From Myxococcales bacterium (GTDB lineage Bacteria > Myxococcota > UBA727 > VGSZ01): a DNA stretch of 64,000 nt. The stretch spans positions 8,419 to 72,418 of the forward strand of contig JAHFED010000014.1 of assembly GCA_023248635.1 (NCBI GenBank). Reading direction: 5' to 3'. The notes under the pieces are model-generated. The model searched no databases. It was not told the origin of the DNA and saw only the letters and a list, made by a program, of their open reading frames with translations. This document shows, piece after piece, positions 1-8,985 of the stretch (positions are counted from its first letter, which is position 1; each line of letters opens with the position of its first letter). Position numbers and translations under genes: made by a program.

Positions 1-3000
1 AGTTCGGCTTCAACGGCGCCACGCCGGCTGTGCCGCGCAATGGAGAGGAACTCGTCGCTCTGCGCCGATTCCGCGGCGACGCTCCCGTGTTGCTGGGCGC
101 CTCCGACGAAGCCGCCGAAGGCGTCGTCGTCGACGACGACGGCCTTCCTCTTTCGCCCGCGCTGCTCTTTGAGCCCGGGGACTCCAGCAGCGCCGCCGAG
201 GATTGCGTCTTGCTCAGCAACGGCGTGCTCTCAGATGTCGACTGCTTGGCGGTCCGCGCGGAGATCCTGTGTGCCCACGACTTCGCCACTGCGGCAATTT
301 GTGGCAACGGCGTCAAAGAGGGCGGCGAGGAGTGCGATGGCGGCGGTCTCGACGGGGCCGGCTGCTTGGGCAGCTGCACCCTGCCGTGCGGCGGCTTCAG
401 CGGTGGCGTTCACGCGTCGGCCCTGATCGGCAAGCGCTGCCTGGGGATCTCCTTGCTCCCCACGTCGGGCGGCGGCGCTGCTTGTGACCTCGTCACGCCG
501 CGGAGTGCCGGCGAAGATGTGGCGCTTGGCGTGCTCTTGGGCAGCACGCAGCGGCTGTTGATCGGCGCCAACGATCGCATTCGCGAAGGCGCGATCGTCG
601 ACGAAAATGGCAACCGCATCGGCTTTTCGCTCTTTGCAGCGGGAGCGACCGTCGACGCCGATGGCAGCGCGGATTGCGCGACCACTGGGCCCGGCGGCTG
701 GGTGGTCAACGGCTGTTCTCTCTTTGCCCAAGCGGCGTGCCTCGTCGACGACGACCTCGGCTCGCCCTGGGTCGCCGACGCCCGTGAGGACGCCTTTTCC
801 AGCGGAACCACCGTCGCCCACGTCGCCGCTTTGTCCCCGCCCAGCGGCGGCCAGGTGTTGGCGGTGGTGCCGGCGGCGTTCTCCAACGCTCTGGGCCTCT
901 TTGGCTCCGACGGCGTCTCCTGCGCGTTGCTGCTCGACGGCGACGCCAGCCCTGGCGGCCACCAGCTGCTGGGCGTCCTCGACGAAAACGGCGTCTGCCA
1001 GCGAGCGATCTCCTTGCAGGCCGGCGTCTCGGGCGGCGCTACGGCCTCGGTGCAGATCGACGCCATCGTAAGCGCCAGTGACGGCGCGGTCTGGTTGGCG
1101 GGGTCCACGCAGGGCGGCGCCCGCTTGAAGATGCCCAGCGGCGACGTCGAGTTCGGCGTCGTCGGGGTCGTCGAGCACCTCTTCGTCATCCGTCTCGATG
1201 AGGCGCTGGAGAGCGCCACCATCTTTTCGAACGCGGGCGGCGACTTCACGCAGGGTCCCCTCTTCCTCGACGTCAGCGATGACGGCACCGCAGCGTTCCT
1301 GGTGGCGGCCTACACCGGCGGCTACGACGTCGGCGGCGTCACGGTGCCCGATCCGGGATCGGAGGGACCGCGCGACATTGGCGTCGTCGGCTTCGATTTC
1401 GACGGCGCAGCGATCACGCCCAGCATCGCCAGCTTTTTCGACACCGATCCCGGCGCCAGCCTCTCTGACCTCCGCGTGGTGGGCATCGACGTCGACGGCA
1501 GCCGGCTCGCGGTATTGGGCTCTTTCGACGCCGACAACGGCGGGCTCTTTGCTCGCACCTTCGTCACTGCCAGCGGCGCCGGCTTTTTGGCGGTGCTGAA
1601 CAGCGACACCTTGCTCAAGGACTTCGTGACCGCCGTCGGCAACGACGAGAGCTTGGAGCTCGGCCGCTTCGTCGCCGATCTGCGCGGCGTCGCCATCATC
1701 GGCGACGAGCTCGTCGTCGCCGGGGCCACCACCGAGAGCCAGCGCTTCTTCTCCGCCGCCGACGCCCTCGCCGATCGAGAGTCCGCTGCCCCGGCGCGCA
1801 CGCTCGTGAACGAGGACTCAACCCCCCTGGTGTTCGTGGCGGTCTACGACGACGTCGGCGCCGTCGAGGGCGCGCTGTCGATGCGCGCCGGCCCCAGCGG
1901 TGCCCTGCAGATCACCGTCGTTGCCAAGGATCAGAACACCTTGTTGCTGGCCGGAACGGTGCGCGAGGGGCTGAGCGCGGGTCCTGCGGACGGTCTGGCC
2001 GTCGACACCGTGCAGGATCGCGAGCTCGACCCGAACCGCGACGACGCCGCGAGCGTCTTCGGGCTGCGCCTGGCCCGGTCCGCCGACGGCTTCAACATCG
2101 TGCAGCGAGCGCGCAGCCGTGGTCTCGGCAACAACACGACCCAGGCCTTGGCGACCAGCGTCGCCGTCGACGGCGGCGGCGGGCTCGTCGTGGCCGGGGC
2201 CATCGGGGGCTACCACGTCTTCGGCGGGGATCAGATCATCGGCGAAGAATTCAACGACGGCACCGGTGGACGCGGCTTTGTCTGGAGGCTCCGCGGCGAC
2301 GACGTCGTCGACCTCGGCGGCTGCAGCGAGCTCGACGGCGACGCTGCCTGTCTGGTCAGTGAGGTCTGCGACCCTGCCTCGCGCACCTGTGTGCCCCGCT
2401 GCGCGGCCGGCGACTGCGGCCTCGACGTCTGCGATGGAGCGACCGGCTTGTGCCTGGCCGCGTGCGACCCGGCCGTCGACAGCTGCGGGCCCACCGACGT
2501 GTGTGTGGTCGTCGATCCGCGCGCGATCCCAGTGGTCGCCGTCTGCCGCCCTTCGTGCCTGGGTCTGCCCCCCGGGGCCCTGTGCGATGCCGAGAGCGAG
2601 TGTTGCAACGGCGACGGCGTCTGCTTCGCCCCCAGTCCCGATCAATTGCTCAACGCCGAGGCTTGGACCTTCGCCGAAAACGGCGCGGGCGGCACTTGGA
2701 CCGAGCCTTTCTTTGGCACCCCACCCAGCGCGAGCGCTGGGGCGGTGTTCGGGCAAATCGGCACTTTTCCCATCCTGGCCTTTGGGCGCGGCCCCCCCAG
2801 CCTCGAGGTCTTTCAGCTCGACGAGGTGAGCACCGGTTGGCGGCAGCTCGCTGTGGGCGGGCCCCCCTCGTGCGACCTGCTCGACGGCGCGGCGTCAGCT
2901 GAGCTGCCGGGCCAAATCTTCGTCGTCGGCGGCGCCCGGCGCGATGGCACCGTGAACGAATCCCTGTGCGTGCTCAGCGACGACGGCCTTGGCGGCGTCG

Positions 3001-3641
3001 CTCTCACCGAGCTGCAGACCGTGCCGCCCCTGCCCATCCTCGACGCCGCCTTTGCCGCCGTCTCGGGGCAGCTCGTCGTCTTTGGCGGCCGCGACGACGC
3101 CGGCACTGCGACCGACGCCGCCCTTCGGCTTTCCGATCCCACGGTCAACCCCGCCCTTTGGGACAGCGTGGGGGTTGCTCCGGGCCCGGCTGCGCGCTTT
3201 GGCCACGCCTTCGTTGCCGATCCCGCCAACCTCGACGCGGCCCTGCTCTTTGGTGGCATCGTCGATGGCTTGCCCTCGTCTGAAGTCTGGCGGCTCGAGG
3301 GCGCCACGAGCACACCGCTGTGGACCCAACTGGCGGACCTCCCGCACCCCATCGCCAACGCCGGCGCCGTCTCGTTTTCAGCGACCCAGGTGGTGTACCT
3401 GGTCGGCGGCGACGACGGCGACGACGCCACCCGTGAGGTGCTCCGCTTCGATGCTTCGACGGGGAGCAGCAGCATCGTCCCCGACGTCGGCAGCGGCGGA
3501 CGCCCCTCGCGACGTGTGCAGCCGGCGATCCTCGCGCGGCCCGGGGCCGACGACGTCGTCTTGATCTTCGGGGGCCAGGATCTGCTGACCGAAGGGTTCT
3601 GTCCCATCCCGGTGCCCGTCGCCGGCGGCGGCGGCGCCTGA
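1..3641 (+). CDS. Secreted Cys-rich repeat plus Kelch-type beta-propeller protein. It is 5'-partial, because the frame is open to the window start.
   Basis: Myxococcus-type cysteine-rich repeat 'CGNGVKEGGEECDGGGLDGAGC'. C-terminal Kelch-like repeats (VFGGRDDAG, LFGGIVDG, VYLVGGDDG). The frame is open upstream of the GTG at position 30, back to position 3. Confidence 0.6.
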   Translation, partial: FGFNGATPAVPRNGEELVALRRFRGDAPVLLGASDEAAEGVVVDDDGLPLSPALLFEPGDSSSAAEDCVLLSNGVLSDVDCLAVRAEILCAHDFATAAICGNGVKEGGEECDGGGLDGAGCLGSCTLPCGGFSGGVHASALIGKRCLGISLLPTSGGGAACDLVTPRSAGEDVALGVLLGSTQRLLIGANDRIREGAIVDENGNRIGFSLFAAGATVDADGSADCATTGPGGWVVNGCSLFAQAACLVDDDLGSPWVADAREDAFSSGTTVAHVAALSPPSGGQVLAVVPAAFSNALGLFGSDGVSCALLLDGDASPGGHQLLGVLDENGVCQRAISLQAGVSGGATASVQIDAIVSASDGAVWLAGSTQGGARLKMPSGDVEFGVVGVVEHLFVIRLDEALESATIFSNAGGDFTQGPLFLDVSDDGTAAFLVAAYTGGYDVGGVTVPDPGSEGPRDIGVVGFDFDGAAITPSIASFFDTDPGASLSDLRVVGIDVDGSRLAVLGSFDADNGGLFARTFVTASGAGFLAVLNSDTLLKDFVTAVGNDESLELGRFVADLRGVAIIGDELVVAGATTESQRFFSAADALADRESAAPARTLVNEDSTPLVFVAVYDDVGAVEGALSMRAGPSGALQITVVAKDQNTLLLAGTVREGLSAGPADGLAVDTVQDRELDPNRDDAASVFGLRLARSADGFNIVQRARSRGLGNNTTQALATSVAVDGGGGLVVAGAIGGYHVFGGDQIIGEEFNDGTGGRGFVWRLRGDDVVDLGGCSELDGDAACLVSEVCDPASRTCVPRCAAGDCGLDVCDGATGLCLAACDPAVDSCGPTDVCVVVDPRAIPVVAVCRPSCLGLPPGALCDAESECCNGDGVCFAPSPDQLLNAEAWTFAENGAGGTWTEPFFGTPPSASAGAVFGQIGTFPILAFGRGPPSLEVFQLDEVSTGWRQLAVGGPPSCDLLDGAASAELPGQIFVVGGARRDGTVNESLCVLSDDGLGGVALTELQTVPPLPILDAAFAAVSGQLVVFGGRDDAGTATDAALRLSDPTVNPALWDSVGVAPGPAARFGHAFVADPANLDAALLFGGIVDGLPSSEVWRLEGATSTPLWTQLADLPHPIANAGAVSFSATQVVYLVGGDDGDDATREVLRFDASTGSSSIVPDVGSGGRPSRRVQPAILARPGADDVVLIFGGQDLLTEGFCPIPVPVAGGGGA

Positions 3642-3645
3642 GGGC

Positions 3646-4570
3646 TCAGGGGGTGGGATCGGGCCAGGGCGCGCCCTGATCGATCCACCGCTTCAGCGTC
3701 TCGATCTCCGACAGCGACAAGAGCTTGCCCTTGGAAGGCATGATGTCTTCGTCGTCGGGGGGCTTGCCGGCCATGGTGAAGATCAGTGATTTGTCGGCGT
3801 CACCCGGCACCAGCGCCAGGGGTCCGCTCTCGCCGCCCTTGAGGGCGAAGCGCTTCTCGTCGAGCCGCAGGCCACTCTTGCGCTTCTCGGGTCCGTGGCA
3901 CTTCACGCAGCTGCGCCGAAAGATGGGTTGGATGTCTTTGCGGTAGTCGGGCTTGCCGGGGATGGGACCTTCGGCGTAGCGCTGCCGGGCATCGCCAACG
4001 CCGTCGCCGTCGTCGTAGGAGAAGGTCGGCCCCTCGTCGCCGGCGTTGGCGCGCCGCTCGCCCTCGCTGCGCAAGGGACGTGTGTAGAAGCCCTGCCCGT
4101 GCACCAGCTCGCCGCCCAGATGGCCCGCGACAGAGACGCTGCCCACGCCGAGCAAGAGCAGCGGCACATAGGCCCTGGCCAGCCGTGCGCTGCGCCGCAC
4201 CAAGACCAGGAGCACGCTGACGACGGCGACGACGATGCCGAGGGCGCGGTGCCAGAAGAAAGTGTCGGCGGAAGCGCCGTTGAATTCCTCGCCGACCGCG
4301 TAGGCAAGACCCGCGAGCACGGTGACGACGGCGAATCCGGCGCAAAGTCCCAAGAGGCGACCGGTAACTTCTTGGCGCAGCTCCTCCCGCGAGCGCAAAG
4401 CCACCTCGAGGAAGAGCACCACGAACAGGAGAGCCAGGGGGAAATGCAGCAAGGGAAAATGCAGCCGCCCAAAGAGGGCGACGGGCACTGGGACGGCGTC
4501 GGCGGCCAAAGCGGGAGCGCTGCCCAGCAGGGCGAGGCCGGCAACAAGCTGCCTCAGCCCAGGGCCCCCT
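3646..4570 (-). CDS. Membrane protein with a C-terminal Planctomycete-type cytochrome c domain (PSCyt1-like). The start codon is unresolved.
   Basis: C-terminal 'CVKCHGPEKRKSGLRLDEK...GGESGPLALVPGDADKSLIFTMAGKPPDDEDIMPSKGKLLSLSEIETLKRWIDQGAPWP' matches the CxxCH...gLRLd signature. Hydrophobic helices lie upstream, preceded by a signal-like 'LVAGLALLGSAPALA|ADA'. No ATG, GTG or TTG lies between the upstream stop and the signal peptide, so the 5' end is approximate. Confidence 0.5.
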
Positions 4571-4648
4571 TGTTGAGGGGTCGGGGGGCCGAGCGACGAC
4601 GACGGTGGTGGTGTCTGTACACGAGCGCTGGACAGTCGCACGGAGGCC

Positions 4649-5992
4649 TCAGGCAAGCAGGGCAACGATGGGTTCTTGGCCCAAGAGGGGGCCGGGGTCG
4701 ATGCCGCCCAGGGCGAGCACGGTCGCCAAGCCATGGGACATGTCGAGGAGATCGACGCCCTTCTTGGTGCTGCCGTTGTGGGGATTGACGGCCTGGGCGA
4801 CGAGGTTGTCGTCGACGACGCCGAAGACGTTGGGCTGGCCGCTCGGATTGCGCCGCACCCCTTTGCCGATGAAGAGCATGGAGTTGGTGGGCCAGTGGTG
4901 TTTGCCGCCGAGCTCGTTGCGCGAGGGCGTGCGCGAAAACTCGCTCGTGACGATGATGGTGGTGAGGTCGAGCAGGGTGCGTCCGTCACCAGTGCTGATG
5001 GCGTCGAGGCCGTGGGCAATGTCGGCGACGGAGGCGATCCCCTTCATGCAGGCCGCGGGGTGCGATGCATATTCGCCGCGGCTGTGGGAATCGAATTCAC
5101 CGGTGCCGACCGTGATCACGGGTGCGAGGTCCTGGTGCACAGCCTCGACGGCGAGTTTCACTTGGCGTTGGGTGCGGTCGACGGTCTTGCCCAGAGCGCG
5201 GTTCGCCTCCTCGACCACCGTCGACGACGCTGCCACCCGCTTGCGGTAGTCCGACTGCGAGAGATCGCGCTCGAGATCGGCGAAGGCCCCAAAGCGCTCA
5301 GCCAGATCCGACGACGACGACGTTTGCCATCGCTTTGCGGTCAGGGCGTCTTTGGCGCGCAGCGTCTCTTCGATCTCCCGGCGGGATTTGGCGACGTCGC
5401 CTTTGATGTTGGTGAGGGCCTGCAGTTGTTCGATGGATGAGACCCGCACGGGCTCGAGCCGCAAATCGCTGACGTCGCCGCGGAAGGTGGCGGGGCGCAG
5501 CTGATCCGACGACAGGTTGGGCAGCTGGTAGGCGGCTCCCCTCGCCTGCGCGATCAGGGTCTGCACCGACGGCGCCGTCACGTGATTGCCGGGCGGCTTG
5601 AATTTGCCGGTGACCATGCGGAAGCGGGCTTGGGGATGGTTGAGGGCGTCGACGTAGATGCCCTTGAGGATCCCCATCTTGTGTTGAAAGGGAAGCAGGG
5701 CTTTCATCGCCGGACCCAAGCGCAAGTCGCCGGCCATGACGATGTCGTCGTCGTCGTAGGGCCGGTAGAAGCCCTCTTTGTTGTTCACCGGATCGGTGGT
5801 GAACATCAGGTCCCAGCCGCCGACCATCAGGTAGAAAATGAAGTAGTGGTCGGTGCGCCGCGACGTCGACGCGCAGCCACTGCCCCCCACCAGGGTGAAC
5901 AGACCGGTGGGCAAGACCAAGGCACCTGAGGCGAGTGCTGCCCGCGACAGAAAGCCCCGGCGGGAGGTTCCCGGTGGTGGCGAAGCGCTCAT
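4649..5992 (-). CDS. DUF1501 family protein (sulfatase-like) with a Tat signal
   Basis: ATG at 5992 gives 'MSASPPPGTSRRGFLSRAALASGALVLP' (twin-arginine signal). The gene pairs with the downstream PSCyt1-type protein, as is typical of Planctomycetes. Confidence 0.7.
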   Translation of the reverse strand: MSASPPPGTSRRGFLSRAALASGALVLPTGLFTLVGGSGCASTSRRTDHYFIFYLMVGGWDLMFTTDPVNNKEGFYRPYDDDDIVMAGDLRLGPAMKALLPFQHKMGILKGIYVDALNHPQARFRMVTGKFKPPGNHVTAPSVQTLIAQARGAAYQLPNLSSDQLRPATFRGDVSDLRLEPVRVSSIEQLQALTNIKGDVAKSRREIEETLRAKDALTAKRWQTSSSSDLAERFGAFADLERDLSQSDYRKRVAASSTVVEEANRALGKTVDRTQRQVKLAVEAVHQDLAPVITVGTGEFDSHSRGEYASHPAACMKGIASVADIAHGLDAISTGDGRTLLDLTTIIVTSEFSRTPSRNELGGKHHWPTNSMLFIGKGVRRNPSGQPNVFGVVDDNLVAQAVNPHNGSTKKGVDLLDMSHGLATVLALGGIDPGPLLGQEPIVALLA

Positions 5993-6065
5993 TGGTCGTC
6001 GACCTACCATCTTTGGGTGCAGCGGTCGCCTCCTCGAAGGCGGCGCTTTCATCCCGTGCGGCCGA

Positions 6066-6491
6066 TCAGGCCAAGCGGGAGACCAACATGAAGTTTGGCT
6101 GTTCAAGACGCTGGCGCGTCTTGAAGAGGGCGCCGAGGGCGACGAAGTAGACGACGCTGCGCAAAGCGAGGGTTTCGATCGCGAACCAATAGAATACTGC
6201 ATGCAGCATGCGGGAGACGACGTAAACCATACTTGTGGCCGCGGTGACGTCGTCGTGCTTTCCAGTCACGTGTAGAATGAGCACAATGATCGCAAACATC
6301 GGCAGGTTTTCTTTGTGATTGTTCGAAGCCCGTTCAGCGCGGCCCATCCAGGGCTCCATCGGGGGTTCGACCTCGCGGCTGCTGATGCCCCAGCCGACGC
6401 CGACACGACGCATCTTGCCGATCGGCGCCGCATAAAAGAGGGGGATGGTCCACAGCGTGAGGACCACCAAGCACCACAGGTCCGTCGTCAT
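6066..6491 (-). CDS. MAPEG family membrane protein
   Basis: ATG at 6491. 'MTTDLWCLVVLTLWTIPLFYAAPIG...ENLPMFAIIVLILHV...YVVSRMLHAVFYWFA' with four TM segments. The 3' end reads through a copy of palindromic repeat A (6102-6125). Confidence 0.6.
   Translation of the reverse strand: MTTDLWCLVVLTLWTIPLFYAAPIGKMRRVGVGWGISSREVEPPMEPWMGRAERASNNHKENLPMFAIIVLILHVTGKHDDVTAATSMVYVVSRMLHAVFYWFAIETLALRSVVYFVALGALFKTRQRLEQPNFMLVSRLA
6102..6125. repeat. Repeat A copy: 24-bp perfect palindrome TTCAAGACGCTGGCGCGTCTTGAA
   Basis: Read directly in the sequence. It lies inside the 3' end of the MAPEG ORF. Confidence 0.8.
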
Positions 6492-7048
6492 CCGACTCCT
6501 GAATCCGGCGTGCGCTCGCGAGGCCCGCGGTTGAGCTTGCCGACCAACAAGAAGGCCTCGATGACGCCGACAGGAATGCGCTGGGGACGGTGGTTGGCGA
6601 TGGCGACGAAGACCCACTCGGTGCGGGCGCGCAAGATCTCTGCGTTGTCGCTCAAGCGCACCACACGGGTGCGCCGCCAGGCCGAGGCCAAGCGACAGTC
6701 TTCGATGACGGTGGTGACGACGACGTTGTCGCCGGCGTGGCAGCCGCGTTTGTAGTCGACCTCGTGCCGCTTGACGATGAAGGTGCCACCAGCGCGCTCG
6801 TAGGCCGCGCGGTCCCAGCCCACGCACTCGGTGTGGGCCCGGGCGGCATCTTGGATCCAGCGCACGTAGGAGACGTTCGAGATGTGACCGTTTTCGTCTT
6901 CTTCGTCGACGCGGGCGGTGTGCAGCCAGTCGAAGAAGGAGAGCACCGGGCCGCTGTCTTCGACGCAGGTGGGGCGCGAGCGGTCTCCCTGGCGCTGCGG
7001 GCTGGTGGCGTCGGTGGCGACGTGGTGCGCGCGGCCCAGGGAGCTCAT
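6488..7048 (-). CDS. 4HBT/hotdog-fold acyl-CoA thioesterase (YbgC-like)
   Basis: ATG at 7048. 'FFDWLHTARVDEEDENGHISNVSYVRWIQDAA'. A 4-bp overlap with the MAPEG start indicates an operon. Confidence 0.65.
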   Translation of the reverse strand: MSSLGRAHHVATDATSPQRQGDRSRPTCVEDSGPVLSFFDWLHTARVDEEDENGHISNVSYVRWIQDAARAHTECVGWDRAAYERAGGTFIVKRHEVDYKRGCHAGDNVVVTTVIEDCRLASAWRRTRVVRLSDNAEILRARTEWVFVAIANHRPQRIPVGVIEAFLLVGKLNRGPRERTPDSGVG

Positions 7049-7413
7049 GTCAGCAGGCCGCCGATGGTCTTCACCATGTCGAGCTCGTCGCGGTGGATGC
7101 CGTCGACGGCGCCGATGCGCGCGGCCTCTCTCAGGACCTCGCTCCGGTGGGGGATGAGCAGCGCCAAGTTGGGAGCGGGCAGCGGTCCGCCTTCGTCGAG
7201 GCCCCGACGCACCATCTCCACGGCCTGCTCCCCACCGAGCCGCAGTGCGACGGCATCGAGGTAGATCCGCTCGACCGGGGTGACGACGTCGTCGGCGGTG
7301 ACGACCTGCAGCAACAACTTCACGAGCTCGGTGCCGATGTTTTGGTCCACGGTGTCGGCTGCCAGTTCTGCCGGCGGCACGCAAAGGGGCCCGAGCCAGA
7401 TCCGTCTCTTCAA
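7045..7413 (-). CDS. TerB-like (tellurite-resistance/DjlA N-domain-like) protein. The start is uncertain because the TTG lies inside repeat A.
   Basis: 'VDQNIGTELVKLLLQVVTADDVVTPVERIYLDAVALRLGGEQAVEMVRRGLDEG'. It overlaps the thioesterase start by 4 bp. Confidence 0.4.
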   Translation of the reverse strand: MKRRIWLGPLCVPPAELAADTVDQNIGTELVKLLLQVVTADDVVTPVERIYLDAVALRLGGEQAVEMVRRGLDEGGPLPAPNLALLIPHRSEVLREAARIGAVDGIHRDELDMVKTIGGLLT

Positions 7414-7432
7414 GACGCGCCAGCGTCTTGAA
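7409..7432. repeat. Repeat A copy (TTCAAGACGCGCCAGCGTCTTGAA) with a flanking 'CCGACAGAACTTCAT' tail
   Basis: Read directly in the sequence. It overlaps the annotated TerB-like start. Confidence 0.8.
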
Positions 7433-7578
7433 CCGACAGAACTTCATCGCCGACACCATCTCTCTTCCCTTCACCATCGTCCCCTTGATCCCTGGACGCC
7501 CCGCTCGTCGTCGCAGGCGAGGGCGACGGCGAGTGACGCTCCTTTGCCGCCCGGGAGCTGGGACGTTAGCGCTTGCCG

Positions 7579-8985
7579 ATGTTTGCTTCCCTCGTCTTGG
7601 CCAGCGCTCTTTCGTCCTCGCCCTCGGTGCAGATTCCCTTCGAGCGCTACCGGCTCGACAACGGGCTCGAGATCATCCTGGCCGAGGACCACCGGGCCCC
7701 GCTGGTCGCCGTCGACCTCTGGGTGCACGTCGGCAGCGGCGACGAAGCCCCCGGGCGCAGCGGCTTCGCCCATCTCTTCGAGCACATGATGTTTCAAGGG
7801 GCCGAGCACATCGGCGAAGACGTGCACTTCGACGTGCTGCGCAAGCTGGGAGCGACCTCGGTCAACGGCACCACCAACAGCGATCGCACCAACTTCTACG
7901 AGGTGGTCCCGCAAAACCAGCTCGAGACGGCACTCTGGCTCGAGAGCGATCGGCTGGGCTTCCTGCTGCCCGTGCTCAATGAGAAGTCGCTGCAGAACCA
8001 GCGTGACGTCGTCAGAAACGAAAGGCGCCAGCGCTACGACAACGTCGCTTGGGGCAAGGAGCGCTTCGCCGTCAACGCCGCGCTCTATCCCGAAGGACAC
8101 CCCTATCGCTATCTGACCATCGGCAAGCACGAAGACATCGAAGGCGCCTCCGTCGACGACGTCCGGGCTTTTTGGTCCTCGCGCTATGTGCCGAGCAACG
8201 CGACCCTGGCTCTGGTCGGCGATTTTGCATCCCCCAAGGCGAAGGCATTGGTCGAGAAGTGGTTCGGATCCTTGCGCACGGAGCCCGCGCCGAAGAAGAC
8301 CTCGCTGCCGACGCCGCACTTGAAGGCCTCCAGCCGCGTCGACGTCGCCGACCCCTTCGCCAAGCTGGTGCGGGTGCGCTTCGTCTGGCACGGACCGCGG
8401 AATCTCGACGACGACGACCTGGATTTGGGGCTCTTCACTTCGGCCCTATCGGCGCCGGGCTGGGGACGCTTGCAGCGCGCGCTCGTCGTCGAACGGCCCT
8501 TGTGCGAGAGCGTGTTCGCTTTCGAGAGCTCGGCGGGGCTCTCGGGGAGCGTGCAGATCGGCGCCACGCTCAAGCCGGGCACCGACCTCGGGCTGGTCGA
8601 GAAGATCCTCGACGAGGAGTTGACCAGGGCCAAGGAGAGCGAAGGCGTGAACCAGGTGGAGATCAACCGCGCCCAGCGCCGCACCGAGGCCGCCTTCGTC
8701 TTCGAGCTCGATGAGATCTTGGGCAAGGCCGAGCGCCTGCAGTCCTTCAACCACGACGTCGGCGACCCCGGCTACAGCGCGCAGTATCTCGAGCGTCTGC
8801 GCGCACGCACCCCGGCCACTGTGAGAGCCGCCGCGCACAAATGGCTCGACCAGCCTCGTGTGGTCGTCGTGAGCCGCCCCGCTCCGCCGATGCCGCCAAC
8901 GCCAGGAGCGACGGGCCCTGCACCCGCAGCACCGCCCAAAACGAGCGCGACGCCAGCGCCGGCGACGACGGGAGGTGCACCATGA
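7579..8985 (+). CDS. M16 family zinc peptidase (pitrilysin-like, active subunit)
   Basis: Inverted zinc motif 'HLFEHMMFQG' (HxxEH). Signal peptide 'MFASLVLASALSSSPSVQ'. ATG at 7579. Confidence 0.8.
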   Translation: MFASLVLASALSSSPSVQIPFERYRLDNGLEIILAEDHRAPLVAVDLWVHVGSGDEAPGRSGFAHLFEHMMFQGAEHIGEDVHFDVLRKLGATSVNGTTNSDRTNFYEVVPQNQLETALWLESDRLGFLLPVLNEKSLQNQRDVVRNERRQRYDNVAWGKERFAVNAALYPEGHPYRYLTIGKHEDIEGASVDDVRAFWSSRYVPSNATLALVGDFASPKAKALVEKWFGSLRTEPAPKKTSLPTPHLKASSRVDVADPFAKLVRVRFVWHGPRNLDDDDLDLGLFTSALSAPGWGRLQRALVVERPLCESVFAFESSAGLSGSVQIGATLKPGTDLGLVEKILDEELTRAKESEGVNQVEINRAQRRTEAAFVFELDEILGKAERLQSFNHDVGDPGYSAQYLERLRARTPATVRAAAHKWLDQPRVVVVSRPAPPMPPTPGATGPAPAAPPKTSATPAPATTGGAP

